NCBI GenBank assembly: GCA_027485695.1
Contig: JAIXQO010000004.1
Coordinates: 194,408 to 258,407 of the forward strand
From: Pseudomonadota bacterium
GTDB lineage: Bacteria > Bdellovibrionota > UBA1018
Length of the DNA: 64,000 nucleotides
Reading direction: 5' to 3'
Shown piece by piece: positions 36,694-46,916 of the stretch; positions within the stretch are counted from its first letter, which is position 1, and each line of letters starts with the position of its first letter. Both the position numbers and the translations under genes were made by a program. The notes beneath the pieces were generated by a model, which saw nothing but the letters and a program-made list of their open reading frames with translations, did no database searches and was not told where the DNA came from.

Positions 36694-38543
36694 TCCTTCT
36701 CTAAACTCTGGGGGCGCCCTTTTTGGCGCTGCATTTTTTCTTGGAGCTCTTTCTCTTTTCGGGAAAGTTCGTTCATGACTTCGGCTGCTGCCTGGGCATC
36801 GAGCTTCTCGGATTTGAATTCGCGTTTTTGTCCGACGCCTTTGTAATCTCCTGATTTTTGGCCTTTTTCTTGACCCTCAGGCTTTTGATTTTTTTTGCTT
36901 TCGGATTCGGAAGAATCCTTTTTATCTTCGCCCGACTTGTCGTTCGGTTTCGATTCGGATTTCGAACCATCTTTTTTGTCTTCGGACTTTTCATCTTTCT
37001 CATCCGAAGACGATGACTGGGATTGCGACTGGGCGGCACGAAGGAGTGCTTGCTGTGACTGCTCTAGAAGCTTGGAATCCCCCGATCGCTTGGCGTCGTC
37101 GATGGACTTGAGGTACTGCTCGATTGCGCCGTTCATATCTTTGGCTTTTTCGAGGGCTAACCCGGCATTGAACGAAGACTTGGCCGCATCGGCAGGGCGG
37201 TTCTGCGCGCGGAATGCGTCTGCAGCTCCGCTGAAACTTTCCGAGGCGCGTTTGGCATCTTGCTCCAGGCTCATGACGGATCCTTGGTTAAAGAGCAGTT
37301 CCGGAGACTCTGGATCCGAGAGTTGAGCCTGTTTCAAAGCTTCGCGAGCGCGAGGGTAGTCTTTGCCCTCGATGCTTTTCATTGCTTCACGATTGCCCAG
37401 GTACCCGCCCAGCGTCGTATCGGCATGAACTCGAGTCGAGATCAAAACTCCAAGCAAGATCGCCGCTACAGCTGGAAGCTTGCGACGTTTACGTCCACCC
37501 AGAATGAACCAGAATAGTACCATCACCGCACCGCCCAGCGGCCATTGGAAACGCTCTTGTCGGGTCACTACTTTTTGTTCCTGGCGACTTCCACGCGATA
37601 GTCCATCCAGCGCGGCGAGAAACGATTCCATTTCTCGTTCGCCGGAACCCAAGGTCCAATACTGACCATTCAGAGGACTTGCGATCTCCTTGAGGACTTC
37701 TGGATGAAACCGGCTCATCACCGTCTCTCCCCGTTGATCCCGCTTATAACCGACACGAAGTCCGTTCGGATCACGGACTGGGATCGGAACTCCTGTCTCC
37801 GTTCCCACGCCAAACGCAAAAAAACTCACGGCGTTTTGCTTCAAAAGATCGATCGTCGCACCAATATGCTCTTCGTGATCCTCACCATCACTGACGAGTA
37901 GGATTACACGACTTGCCGCCGAGTTCGGTTGATCGGCCGAACCGAGCTGCTCGGCTCCCCGATTCAATGTATCCACGCTCGTTTTGAGAGCGGCGCCTAA
38001 GTCAGTACCTTGATTCGAAACGAGCGTCGGCGAGAGTCCCTCGATCACCTCGAGCAAATAGTCGTAGTCATTGGTCAGCGGGCTTTGGAGGTGCGCTGAA
38101 CCGGCAAAAGCAACGATTCCCACGCGATCTCCCGCTAAGCGAGAAACCATCTGTTTCAGCACGTACTTCACTTTTTTGAGCCGAGTCGGAACGACGTCCT
38201 CGGCCTCCATGCTGTTCGACACGTCAACGGCGACCACAATATCCAAGCCCGAAGTCTGATGTTTCTCCTCGATCACGCCCCACTGAGGCCGCGCCAGCGC
38301 CAGGCAGAGGAAAACCGCGATGATCGAAACCATCCGCAAATCTCGCTCCGCGCGTTCATACGGGATCGCACTCATCGCGCGTCCCCAGAGAGACTCGGAG
38401 ATAAATTTTTCGAACTGCTTACGTTCGCTCACGATCCGCTGTTTCACAAAAAAGAAAAAGACCAGGGCACCGAGGGCGCCCAAGATCCATTTGGCTTTGA
38501 AGAAAACGATCGGACCGAGCGATATCACGCGACGACCCTCCAC
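36687..38543 (-). CDS. VWA + TPR protein (BatB/BatC-like fusion)
   Basis: ALARPQWG, DVSNSM MIDAS, SDGEDHE, TPR region, charged low-complexity tail ending KDW. Confidence 0.88.
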   Translation of the reverse strand: MEGRRVISLGPIVFFKAKWILGALGALVFFFFVKQRIVSERKQFEKFISESLWGRAMSAIPYERAERDLRMVSIIAVFLCLALARPQWGVIEEKHQTSGLDIVVAVDVSNSMEAEDVVPTRLKKVKYVLKQMVSRLAGDRVGIVAFAGSAHLQSPLTNDYDYLLEVIEGLSPTLVSNQGTDLGAALKTSVDTLNRGAEQLGSADQPNSAASRVILLVSDGEDHEEHIGATIDLLKQNAVSFFAFGVGTETGVPIPVRDPNGLRVGYKRDQRGETVMSRFHPEVLKEIASPLNGQYWTLGSGEREMESFLAALDGLSRGSRQEQKVVTRQERFQWPLGGAVMVLFWFILGGRKRRKLPAVAAILLGVLISTRVHADTTLGGYLGNREAMKSIEGKDYPRAREALKQAQLSDPESPELLFNQGSVMSLEQDAKRASESFSGAADAFRAQNRPADAAKSSFNAGLALEKAKDMNGAIEQYLKSIDDAKRSGDSKLLEQSQQALLRAAQSQSQSSSSDEKDEKSEDKKDGSKSESKPNDKSGEDKKDSSESESKKNQKPEGQEKGQKSGDYKGVGQKREFKSEKLDAQAAAEVMNELSRKEKELQEKMQRQKGRPQSLEKDW

Positions 38544-39508
38544 ACGAAACGAGAGAACAGAATTTCAAGGAGAAGGAAACCAAGTGCTAAGACGGCGACG
38601 AGCTGAAACCGCTCGTCGTAGCGAATTTTTTCTTTGACCTTGAGTTCCGATTTCTCCAAGTGATTGATCTCGGAAAAAACTTCATCGAGCGTTTTCTCAT
38701 CCTGAACCCGATAGAATTTACCGTTGGTCGCAGCCGAGATTTGCTGAAGCAGTTCCGTGTTGAGTGCGTTGTCGAACCACTGATAGTTCGTGACCACGTC
38801 GCCGGTAAAAGTCTTGCGGCGGATCGGGAGTTTCACCCGCCCCTCACGACCAATTGCGATCGTATAGACCTTGATGCCGAAACCCGCTGCAAGGTCTCCT
38901 GCCGTCAATGGATCCACTTGGCCGATGTTGCTGTCTCCGTCCGTGAGCAAAATAATGACTCGACTCTTGGCCGTCGAATTTCTCAAGCGATTCACGCCGA
39001 GCGCGAGGCCATCACCAATCGCGGTACCGTCTTTCAGTACGCCCGTCTCTACCTTGCGAAGCTCCTGAAGAACGAGGCCATAGTCGAGGGTCGGAGGAGA
39101 AAGAGTGAGTGGCTCCCCGCTAAATACGACGAACCCGATGCGATCGTTGTCGCGGCCCCGGATGAAATCTTCCATCGTTCGTTTTGCGATATCGAGTCGT
39201 GGTTTTTCACCGAGATCTTCGATGTTCATGGAAGCTGAAACGTCCATAATCATCAGAATGTCGATACCACTCGTCTGCCGCTCGGTTTCCCGGGAACTCG
39301 ATTGCGGACGTGCGGCTGCTACCACCAGTAGAACCACCGCAACGACTCGTAGAATCTGGAGCACCAAAGGTACAAAACCGCTCTGCATATCGACGGGGAT
39401 CGACTTGCCGGTGTAAACGCGCGACTCCACTTGGCGTTTCTTCGACCAAAACCAAAGCCACGCAAGCGGGATCAGAATCAGGAGTACCCAAGGATCCGCG
39501 AGTCTCAT
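38525..39508 (-). CDS. batA: VWA-domain protein BatA
   Basis: AARPQ, DVSASM, GTAIGDGL, LLTDGDSN, KVYTIAIG. Confidence 0.92.
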   Translation of the reverse strand: MRLADPWVLLILIPLAWLWFWSKKRQVESRVYTGKSIPVDMQSGFVPLVLQILRVVAVVLLVVAAARPQSSSRETERQTSGIDILMIMDVSASMNIEDLGEKPRLDIAKRTMEDFIRGRDNDRIGFVVFSGEPLTLSPPTLDYGLVLQELRKVETGVLKDGTAIGDGLALGVNRLRNSTAKSRVIILLTDGDSNIGQVDPLTAGDLAAGFGIKVYTIAIGREGRVKLPIRRKTFTGDVVTNYQWFDNALNTELLQQISAATNGKFYRVQDEKTLDEVFSEINHLEKSELKVKEKIRYDERFQLVAVLALGFLLLEILFSRFVWRVVA

Positions 39509-40407
39509 TTCGCCTCCCCGGGGGATAAAACGGGTTCAGGTGATACCGGCGTTGAGCTTGCAGTGATGAATGCCACTAACTGACTATGCACGGCCCGAAT
39601 CTCATCTTCGGTCGGAGCAAAATCAGTGAACTTGACCAAATCCAGCACCTGAAAAATGGACCGGAGTTCACCGTTCTGAGAGGCGATCAGTTTCCCATCG
39701 AGCCTTTGAAACAACTCAGTAGTCGTCGATTCTTCGGCCGGGATCCCGTACGCAAAACTGAGATAGGTCTTGAGTCGATCCGACAGCAAATGGCAAAGCG
39801 CTTTGTATTTACGCTCTTGAAACGACGGAATCCCTTCGAGCTTACGGATTTCATCCAAGACCTTTTGTGTCGGCGTCCGAAGATCCACCACAGCAAGCGC
39901 GGAATTCCTCCTGGAATAGCGAACCAACGCATAAACGATGCCACCCAAAATAAGGAGCGCGGCAAGCACCCCGCCCCAAATCCAGAGGCGAGGAAACCGA
40001 AGCATGAGCGGATCATACGGCTTCAGCTCTTCGGAATTCTGTCCAGGGCCGACCACTTGAACCGTAAATGAGTTGGTCTTACCGATCTCAGTGCCATCGA
40101 CCGACTTGATCGTAAAAGGGGGAACCGCCACTTCTCCCGTCTTCAGGAAGAAGATCAGCGATCCACGAACGAGCGCGATATCATTTTTTTCGGTCGCGAA
40201 GGTGATCCCTGAGTCGAGTGCTAGCGCGATCTCGCTACCATCCACGGAAGTGGCTTGAAACGGCACACCGACGCCCAGCTCGATCTGGCTGATCGCCGAA
40301 TCGAGTTGTATTGAGTAGCGTGATGCGCTTTTGGGCGTTTCAGCGGCGACGAGAACGTGCGCCGAAAAAAAGCACCAAGCGACGAAAAAGATCGTCTTCG
40401 GTTTCAA
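39505..40407 (-). CDS. Bat-operon membrane protein
   Basis: Signal peptide, single TM, ESTTTEL and DLVKF motifs; lies between DUF58 and batA. Confidence 0.75.
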   Translation of the reverse strand: MKPKTIFFVAWCFFSAHVLVAAETPKSASRYSIQLDSAISQIELGVGVPFQATSVDGSEIALALDSGITFATEKNDIALVRGSLIFFLKTGEVAVPPFTIKSVDGTEIGKTNSFTVQVVGPGQNSEELKPYDPLMLRFPRLWIWGGVLAALLILGGIVYALVRYSRRNSALAVVDLRTPTQKVLDEIRKLEGIPSFQERKYKALCHLLSDRLKTYLSFAYGIPAEESTTTELFQRLDGKLIASQNGELRSIFQVLDLVKFTDFAPTEDEIRAVHSQLVAFITASSTPVSPEPVLSPGEAK

Positions 40408-41215
40408 TGCTCAGATCCTCCACTTTTGACCGCAGAAAAACAGAACGTAAGTCTTTTTCTTTTTTCTCGGCTTTGATTTTCTGCCAGTTCTGAAATCGGT
40501 AAGATGACGTATCGACCAGCGAGACCTTACCCGTTTCTGGGTCTTCGAGTCGAATCCATCCGATGGGTGGAATACGCTCTTCTTGCGCATTGAACGCACG
40601 GACGGCGATCACGTCATGTCCGTGCCCCAGCGGTAGCAATTGGTCCTCGTAATTTTTTGCTTCGAAATCACTAAGGATGAATACAACACCCGTATGTTTC
40701 AGGATTTGATTCGCCCGTGAGAGGGCGAGATCCAGACGAGAACCTCGATCAGATGCCGGCTCCGCGAAACAAGCGGCTAGCACTCGATGAAGTGCGGCTT
40801 TGCCTTTTTTGGGCGGAAGCGTTTCAACCACGCCCTCGGCAAACGTGACGATTCCGATTTTGTCTCCGGCGATCGTCGCCGCATGAGCAAGCATCGCTGC
40901 CGTTTCACGCAACAAATCTCGTTTGGTTGTGCGGCTCGTTCCAAACGATCCTGATCGCGACAAATCAAGCACCAGAAGAATCGAGAGCTCCCGCTCCTCT
41001 TCGTACTTCTTCATCAACGGGTCCCGAGTGCGTGCGCTCGCCTTCCAGTCAATGTGACGGACGTCGTCTCCCGGGATATATTGTCGATGCTCAGAAAACT
41101 GGAGACCCTGGCCTTTGAAAGGACTCTTAAATGAACCGCTCAGCGATTCATCCAAAAGCCGTTTCGTCCGGACCTCGAGCAGCCGAGCTTTTTTGGCGAT
41201 CTCGGTTGAGTCCAT
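40340..41215 (-). CDS. DUF58 domain protein
   Basis: FKGQGLQFSEHRQYIPGDDVRHIDWKASAR, YEEERE, FILSDF. Confidence 0.95.
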   Translation of the reverse strand: MDSTEIAKKARLLEVRTKRLLDESLSGSFKSPFKGQGLQFSEHRQYIPGDDVRHIDWKASARTRDPLMKKYEEERELSILLVLDLSRSGSFGTSRTTKRDLLRETAAMLAHAATIAGDKIGIVTFAEGVVETLPPKKGKAALHRVLAACFAEPASDRGSRLDLALSRANQILKHTGVVFILSDFEAKNYEDQLLPLGHGHDVIAVRAFNAQEERIPPIGWIRLEDPETGKVSLVDTSSYRFQNWQKIKAEKKEKDLRSVFLRSKVEDLSIETEDDLFRRLVLFFGARSRRR

Positions 41216-41229
41216 TGATCTCCTCGACC

Positions 41230-42225
41230 TTACGGTACTTCGACCTGTTCGAGAATCTTACGGATCACGGCCTCTGAATCGATACCTTCGGCCTCGGCTT
41301 CGAACGTCAAAATCAAACGATGCCTAAGCACATCATAAACCACACTCTTAACGTCTTCTGGGGTCACGAATGCTCGGTGCTGAATGAACGCGTTCGCCCG
41401 TGCGGTCTTGGCGAGTGCGATCGTTGCCCGCGGGCTTGCGCCGACCTGAATCCATTTCTTGATGGACTCGAGCCCGACTTTCTCGGGGAAACGCGTCGCA
41501 AAGATCAGCTTGATGATGTAGTCCTTGACCTTCTCGTCCATGAAAATCTGGCCGATCAGTTTCCGCGCGGCGAGAACTTTGTCTGGATGGCAGACCTTGT
41601 TGATTTTGATCTCTTGGAACGAAGTCATCCGGTTTAGGATGATTTTCTCTTCTTCCATGTTTGGATAGCCGACCCGGACCTTAAACAGGAAACGATCGAG
41701 TTGGGCTTCTGGGAGTGGGTAAGTCCCCTCTTGCTCAATTGGGTTTTGCGTCGCCAGCACCGTGAAAAGCTCAGGGAGATCGTAAGTCGTTTCGCCGATC
41801 GTCACTTGGTGCTCACCCATTGCTTCGAGAAGCGCGCTTTGAACTTTGGCGGGAGCCCGGTTGATCTCGTCGGCAAGAACAAGGTTCGAGAAAATCGGAC
41901 CTTTGCGAGGAGTGAAATCGCCGTTCTTTTGATTGAAGATCATCGTCCCGACGAGGTCGCTGGGGAGCAGATCGGGGGTGAACTGGATTCGGCTGAAATC
42001 GGCATGAATCACGTTCGCGAGCGTTTTGATCGTCAGGGTCTTCGCTAATCCCGGAAGTCCTTCCAACAAAACATGGCCGTCACAAAGTAGAGCCATCAGG
42101 AGGCGTTCCAAGAGGATCCTCTGACCCACGACGATGTGGGAGGTCTCTGCGAAGATTTCATCGATGAATTGGCTTTTCTGGCGGATTTCCGCGGTCAGGG
42201 TCTGGAGATCGGTGGCTTGAGACAT
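41230..42225 (-). CDS. moxR: MoxR-family AAA+ ATPase
   Basis: HVLLEGLPGLAKT, RIQFTPDLLPSD, DEINRAPAKVQSALLE, NPIEQEGTYPLPEAQLDRF; start at ATG 42225. Confidence 0.96.
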   Translation of the reverse strand: MSQATDLQTLTAEIRQKSQFIDEIFAETSHIVVGQRILLERLLMALLCDGHVLLEGLPGLAKTLTIKTLANVIHADFSRIQFTPDLLPSDLVGTMIFNQKNGDFTPRKGPIFSNLVLADEINRAPAKVQSALLEAMGEHQVTIGETTYDLPELFTVLATQNPIEQEGTYPLPEAQLDRFLFKVRVGYPNMEEEKIILNRMTSFQEIKINKVCHPDKVLAARKLIGQIFMDEKVKDYIIKLIFATRFPEKVGLESIKKWIQVGASPRATIALAKTARANAFIQHRAFVTPEDVKSVVYDVLRHRLILTFEAEAEGIDSEAVIRKILEQVEVP

Positions 42226-42258
42226 ATAACCTGATTCTCCGCCCACCTCTCAGGGTCG

Positions 42259-45200
42259 TCAACGCGGAAGCTGTCTTGCCGCCGTCATTAAAAACTTTTG
42301 AAAATCATTTGATCCGAAACTTATCATCAAGCGTCGAAGAGTCGCCGCTGCCGCTTTCGGATCCTGACGGATCCAATCCGCCATCCGCGCCACGGATGGT
42401 CCACTGAGTGAATCGGAAATCCACCGCTCACGGGCGTTCCGAGCGGAGGCCGACCGGATGGTTCCGTCATTTTCAGACAAATAGCCGGTGAACTCCCGAA
42501 GCATCCCGACAATTCTTTGACGATCCGCTACACTCCAATTCGGAAGAGATCCTAGATTCCCAGATTCCCCCAAAACCGCGAACGCCCACTCGACGACGAA
42601 TCGCGTCTCCAACTCCGTTTTCCAAAGCCCATTCATGACCCGGTCAAATGCAGCACTTCGTGGCGCTTCTTCCTGGTCGCTCAGAGCCAGCACCTCTTCG
42701 AAACTATTTTTGAGATCCGCAGCCGACAGTGTTTTTGCCTGATCGATCCAGTTCCCCACCGATACCCACTCCGAATCTGGGGAGGCGGCCAACCGATCAG
42801 CGATGATTTTTATCGTTCCACTCGGCATATATCGCGAAAAGAGTAGTCCACCTTCGAGCGCGGTTTGCACGGTTTCAAACGATATGTCGCTACGGAGTAA
42901 ATTCTCTAAGATCGGCGTTCTCGCAGCGAACTTCAGCAGTTCACCGACGGACACTGCAAAATCTGGATCCGCAAAAAGCCGAGTCATGGCCCGTTCACCA
43001 CTCACGCGCTGAGCTTCATAAATCCGTTCGGAAAAAATCCGCGAAACCGCGTGGATCACTCCCAGCTGTCCGGCTTGAGTGAGCGTCGAAATCGAACCGG
43101 CATCCCAAAACTGAAATGCGATTTCTCGGATGATCTTGATTCCCGGCACTCGACTACCCGCTTGGACTTCAAGCTCCTCTCGGAGCAGCGGGAATGTTTG
43201 GTGAATCTGGAATAGTCTTGCCTTGATTCGATTCGGAACCGGTGCGCGGAACCAGTGGCGTGGATCTTTGGGTATGCCCAAGCCATCCGCGAGGTTGTCG
43301 CAATTATCGATTTTCGGCAGACCACCGAGACCTTCATACTGCTTCAACATCGATTCCAGCTCATAAACGACGTCTACGAGTCGTTTCGGCTGAGACGAAA
43401 CATAGCGTTCACGGATCGATGCGGGCCACGTCTCACGAGGCTCATCACCCCATGCCAGCGCGAACTCGGTCATGAACTTTTCGGCAAAATTACCGGGTAG
43501 CACGAACTTGAAATCCGCCGACTGAAGCAACAACTCCAAACGTTCGAGATTCGTGAATACTCCGACCCGTGTGGTACCGAGTGGCACATCGTAAATCGAG
43601 ATCGGTTGGGCGGATTCGGAGGACCGTGAAATAAACTGATAAAGGTCCGACGCCGTGAATCGCTTTTGATCACTCTTGCGCTCACCTGGAGCGAGACTAA
43701 ACGCGCGGATCATTCCTTGAACAGCCTGAGATCCTTCACTACTCGCGAGCGCGCCCAAGAAATTCCTCCACTCACCCGTACCTCTATGAGGGAGAGCTGT
43801 CATCCATTGGGAGCGGATCTCACGGGTGCGCGCCTGAATCTGAGTTTCGTCGATCACGCATTCCTTGGCGCGTAGATATTTCGACATCTGCTCCGTGCCC
43901 GGAAAAGCCGCAAGCGACGGAATCGTGTAACTTCGTTTCGTTCCATCCAGCAATCGACGCAAATCTGCGAAAAAGGTCGCATCCCGCGTGAGCGTCGCGA
44001 GTCGAACCAGAATCGTATGCCCGCCTTCTGAAACCTTGTTCATTGCTTGCGAGAGTGACCGCACGAGTGGTTCGGCGAACGTGTCAATAGCCGCTCCGCC
44101 ACGATTGATCAATACACCCAAATCACCGGACTCGATGAACTCCCGAAATCCCGGAAGCATCACGCGGAACTGATCACGGTCCCAAGGCCATTTGGAAAAC
44201 GTTTCGATAAATGGACGAAATAGCCCTCGGTCCTCGAGTCCCTGATAATGGGCAGCGAGCTCGGCTGGGCGACCGAGACAAAGAAAATAGTCTGCGAATT
44301 GACTTTCCCACTTTTGATCGTATTTCAACCGACGACAGGCTTGATCTTGCGCCGACTGCGACGGTTGATAGACGAGCTTTGGAAAATCAGATTCAGCTCG
44401 ACGATGAAAATCCATACGAGTCGTCCAAGACTCCCGTCGCGATAAATCAAATCGCACCTCATTAGACGAACGAAACAACTTAAAGACGTCTAGAATCAGA
44501 CCACTGAGGCGATCGTCACGCGATAGTTCCCAAAGAAATTTGATTCCCGCTCCTGCTCGATCGGACTTGAATAACTCTGGCGCATCTTGCCAGCGAACCT
44601 CGAGCATCGCCGAGTGAATACCAGAAAACCAAGGATGCTGCGAACCGCGAACAAAAATAGCTTGGAGCGCTCCGGCGCTCTCGGACATTCGTGCGGGCTC
44701 CGCTACTTGCGCAAGTGCAGAGACCAAACCCGCCGTTTGCTCCACTTGGTTTTCGGTGAGAACGACCTCTCCGCCGATGAGATCGCGCGCGACGCTGAGA
44801 AGATCTTCGGCATCCGCGTCGTTCATCGAAGAAATCGCCAAAATCGCAGGCGTCAGTACCTCCGCGCGGTTCAATTCGGAGAACAACAGCACGATATCTT
44901 CTCGATGGCTCGACATGAACCGGCTTAAGTCGTAAGCGATTCCGGCTTCAGTCAATCGATGAACCCATTCAAGCGCTGGTTCACCGATATTCGAAGTCGC
45001 TAGATCAAAGAAGTTTGGGAACTCCTGGTAGAATCCCGGCGGTACCGCGCAGAAATCTCGGATCACCAGTGCAGTCGTTGCCGCGAAATGTGTGACGAAT
45101 TCATTGAGCTCGAGATTGGGCTTTTGCTTAAACTCTTCGTTGATGAATTTCCAGGCGTCGTCGAAACGACGACCATCGTTCATGCAACTCACGGGAGCAT

Positions 45201-46035
45201 TTAGGCTTGAGACTAATCGCAATACTTGATCCAAGCGTCGTGCTTGATCTGAACCTAGTGTTCTCAGCACCAGTTCCGCGGCTGCAAAACGCGACTGGAA
45301 CTCGGAGGAATCCCGTCCGAGAATCTGGCGGAATAGATTCACTAACTCACGCGGACTCATTCGCGTCGCTATTGCTTGGGCGGAAGCATCCCGTTTGAAT
45401 GCTTGCGTGATTCTAGACGTGGCCTGAATGATTCGTTTTCGAACATCCTCAGGTGGATTGAATCTGAGCACCGCGGTTCGCATGGACGCGTAGCTCGGCT
45501 GTTTCATCATTCGCTCTAAGGCATGGATCGCACGGTACGCCTGTTCGGGAGTCAGTCGCCGAAGCTTGTTTCTTACCTCGGCGTTATTGTTCGTGTTGAG
45601 ATGCGAAACAGCGCGCGCGATCGCGTCACCTTCTTCAAATACGGTGAACAAACGCTTAAGAAAAGACTCCAGCTCGCCAGACTCTTGGAGTTGTTCTAGA
45701 ATCGACCGAGACTCTTCGCGAGGCGCTCCCGGTGCAAAAAGAAAACGATTTAAAGTGTCAACGAGCGGTGCAACCGCCTGATCCGAAGAAGCAGAGATCC
45801 AATCCACGAGCGGTTGGATCGAACCATTTGAATTGAAACATTGAAGGAGGCCACGAAACTCCGCGGTCGTTAATCGATCTCCGGCAAGATCCAAGCTTGG
45901 ACAAGAAGGCCGACCTTCGCGGGAACCACGCTGCGCCTCCAGACGAGAATCTCCCTTTTTCCCAGAGAACATGCTCGGGGAACACGAGGAGAGAACGAGC
46001 GCCGTAGTGACGAGTAAAAACCGAATTAAGCCCAT
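42259..46035 (-). CDS. Very large alpha-helical lipoprotein of unknown function
   Basis: Uninterrupted ~1260-aa ORF; from ATG 46035 reads MGLIRFLLVTTALVLSS-C (lipobox). Confidence 0.8.
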   Translation of the reverse strand: MGLIRFLLVTTALVLSSCSPSMFSGKKGDSRLEAQRGSREGRPSCPSLDLAGDRLTTAEFRGLLQCFNSNGSIQPLVDWISASSDQAVAPLVDTLNRFLFAPGAPREESRSILEQLQESGELESFLKRLFTVFEEGDAIARAVSHLNTNNNAEVRNKLRRLTPEQAYRAIHALERMMKQPSYASMRTAVLRFNPPEDVRKRIIQATSRITQAFKRDASAQAIATRMSPRELVNLFRQILGRDSSEFQSRFAAAELVLRTLGSDQARRLDQVLRLVSSLNAPVSCMNDGRRFDDAWKFINEEFKQKPNLELNEFVTHFAATTALVIRDFCAVPPGFYQEFPNFFDLATSNIGEPALEWVHRLTEAGIAYDLSRFMSSHREDIVLLFSELNRAEVLTPAILAISSMNDADAEDLLSVARDLIGGEVVLTENQVEQTAGLVSALAQVAEPARMSESAGALQAIFVRGSQHPWFSGIHSAMLEVRWQDAPELFKSDRAGAGIKFLWELSRDDRLSGLILDVFKLFRSSNEVRFDLSRRESWTTRMDFHRRAESDFPKLVYQPSQSAQDQACRRLKYDQKWESQFADYFLCLGRPAELAAHYQGLEDRGLFRPFIETFSKWPWDRDQFRVMLPGFREFIESGDLGVLINRGGAAIDTFAEPLVRSLSQAMNKVSEGGHTILVRLATLTRDATFFADLRRLLDGTKRSYTIPSLAAFPGTEQMSKYLRAKECVIDETQIQARTREIRSQWMTALPHRGTGEWRNFLGALASSEGSQAVQGMIRAFSLAPGERKSDQKRFTASDLYQFISRSSESAQPISIYDVPLGTTRVGVFTNLERLELLLQSADFKFVLPGNFAEKFMTEFALAWGDEPRETWPASIRERYVSSQPKRLVDVVYELESMLKQYEGLGGLPKIDNCDNLADGLGIPKDPRHWFRAPVPNRIKARLFQIHQTFPLLREELEVQAGSRVPGIKIIREIAFQFWDAGSISTLTQAGQLGVIHAVSRIFSERIYEAQRVSGERAMTRLFADPDFAVSVGELLKFAARTPILENLLRSDISFETVQTALEGGLLFSRYMPSGTIKIIADRLAASPDSEWVSVGNWIDQAKTLSAADLKNSFEEVLALSDQEEAPRSAAFDRVMNGLWKTELETRFVVEWAFAVLGESGNLGSLPNWSVADRQRIVGMLREFTGYLSENDGTIRSASARNARERWISDSLSGPSVARMADWIRQDPKAAAATLRRLMISFGSNDFQKFLMTAARQLPR

Positions 46036-46144
46036 GAATTCAAGGCCCGAGCCTAGACTAGAGGCCCCATCGTTGACCAATGGATTCGGTGCGACAAAAG
46101 CTTGATGAGTCTCGCTAAGTTAGGCTTCGTTCCTCAGTGTGGAC

Positions 46145-46780
46145 CTAGCGCACTCGCTCGAACTCACACGAGATCTCTTGTTGGCGCATGTTCACGTCGC
46201 CTTGAATGACCGTCTTAGTCTGCGAATGGAACGAGAGGCGGTTACGATCAGGAGAGATGGTCCAAGCCCCCGTCTCGACTTCGTTCTCCCAGTAAGGTTT
46301 CGCGTGAGCATCTGGATTGAACAAGTCGAAACCCGGAACCGGGTAATGGTAAGGCACGATTTTGCGATCGGTCGTTTTCACTTGAAAGGCGATTGAGTTC
46401 GAACTCGAGATGGTCTGCACTGAGACTTTTGTCCGGGCCTCGAACCAGCCGTTTTTCTGAGCGGTCTCCCCGGATTTTGGATAGATCGTCGTATAAACGG
46501 TACTCTCATCCGTACGGCTCCAGGTGAATCCGCTGCAATCGGACATCATTTGTTGGATGCGAATACCTTGATTCGCATGAATGCTCACGGACCCCGAAGT
46601 GACTGAGAAATCCATGGCGTGCCCTGGTGTGGCGAGCGCTTGCGACAGTTCGGTGGCGTCGACAACCGTGCAACCACGATTCGACAAACGGTAGTCACCC
46701 GCAAACTTCGGGCAGTCCGCATGAGCGAGTGAAGCAAAGCCGAAAATGACGAACGCCAGAGCAAAAGATCGGATTTTCAT
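46145..46780 (-). CDS. Secreted hypothetical protein
   Basis: Signal peptide ending AHA-DC; 211 aa. Confidence 0.75.
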   Translation of the reverse strand: MKIRSFALAFVIFGFASLAHADCPKFAGDYRLSNRGCTVVDATELSQALATPGHAMDFSVTSGSVSIHANQGIRIQQMMSDCSGFTWSRTDESTVYTTIYPKSGETAQKNGWFEARTKVSVQTISSSNSIAFQVKTTDRKIVPYHYPVPGFDLFNPDAHAKPYWENEVETGAWTISPDRNRLSFHSQTKTVIQGDVNMRQQEISCEFERVR

Positions 46781-46916
46781 CTAGTGAATATGTATGAAAT
46801 CGATCGAGGCCCTCCATCTGGAACTCCCGTTTTTATCCTGGGAGTCAGCAATAGTGTTTCAAATTTACTGAATCATTTATATGAAAACAGGTCCACGGAA
46901 CGGACTCATTCACGAG

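Noticed and set aside
36880..37030. Repeat-like low-complexity DNA
   Set aside because: It encodes the S/E/K/D/Q-rich linker typical of BatB/BatC proteins and is not a DNA repeat element.
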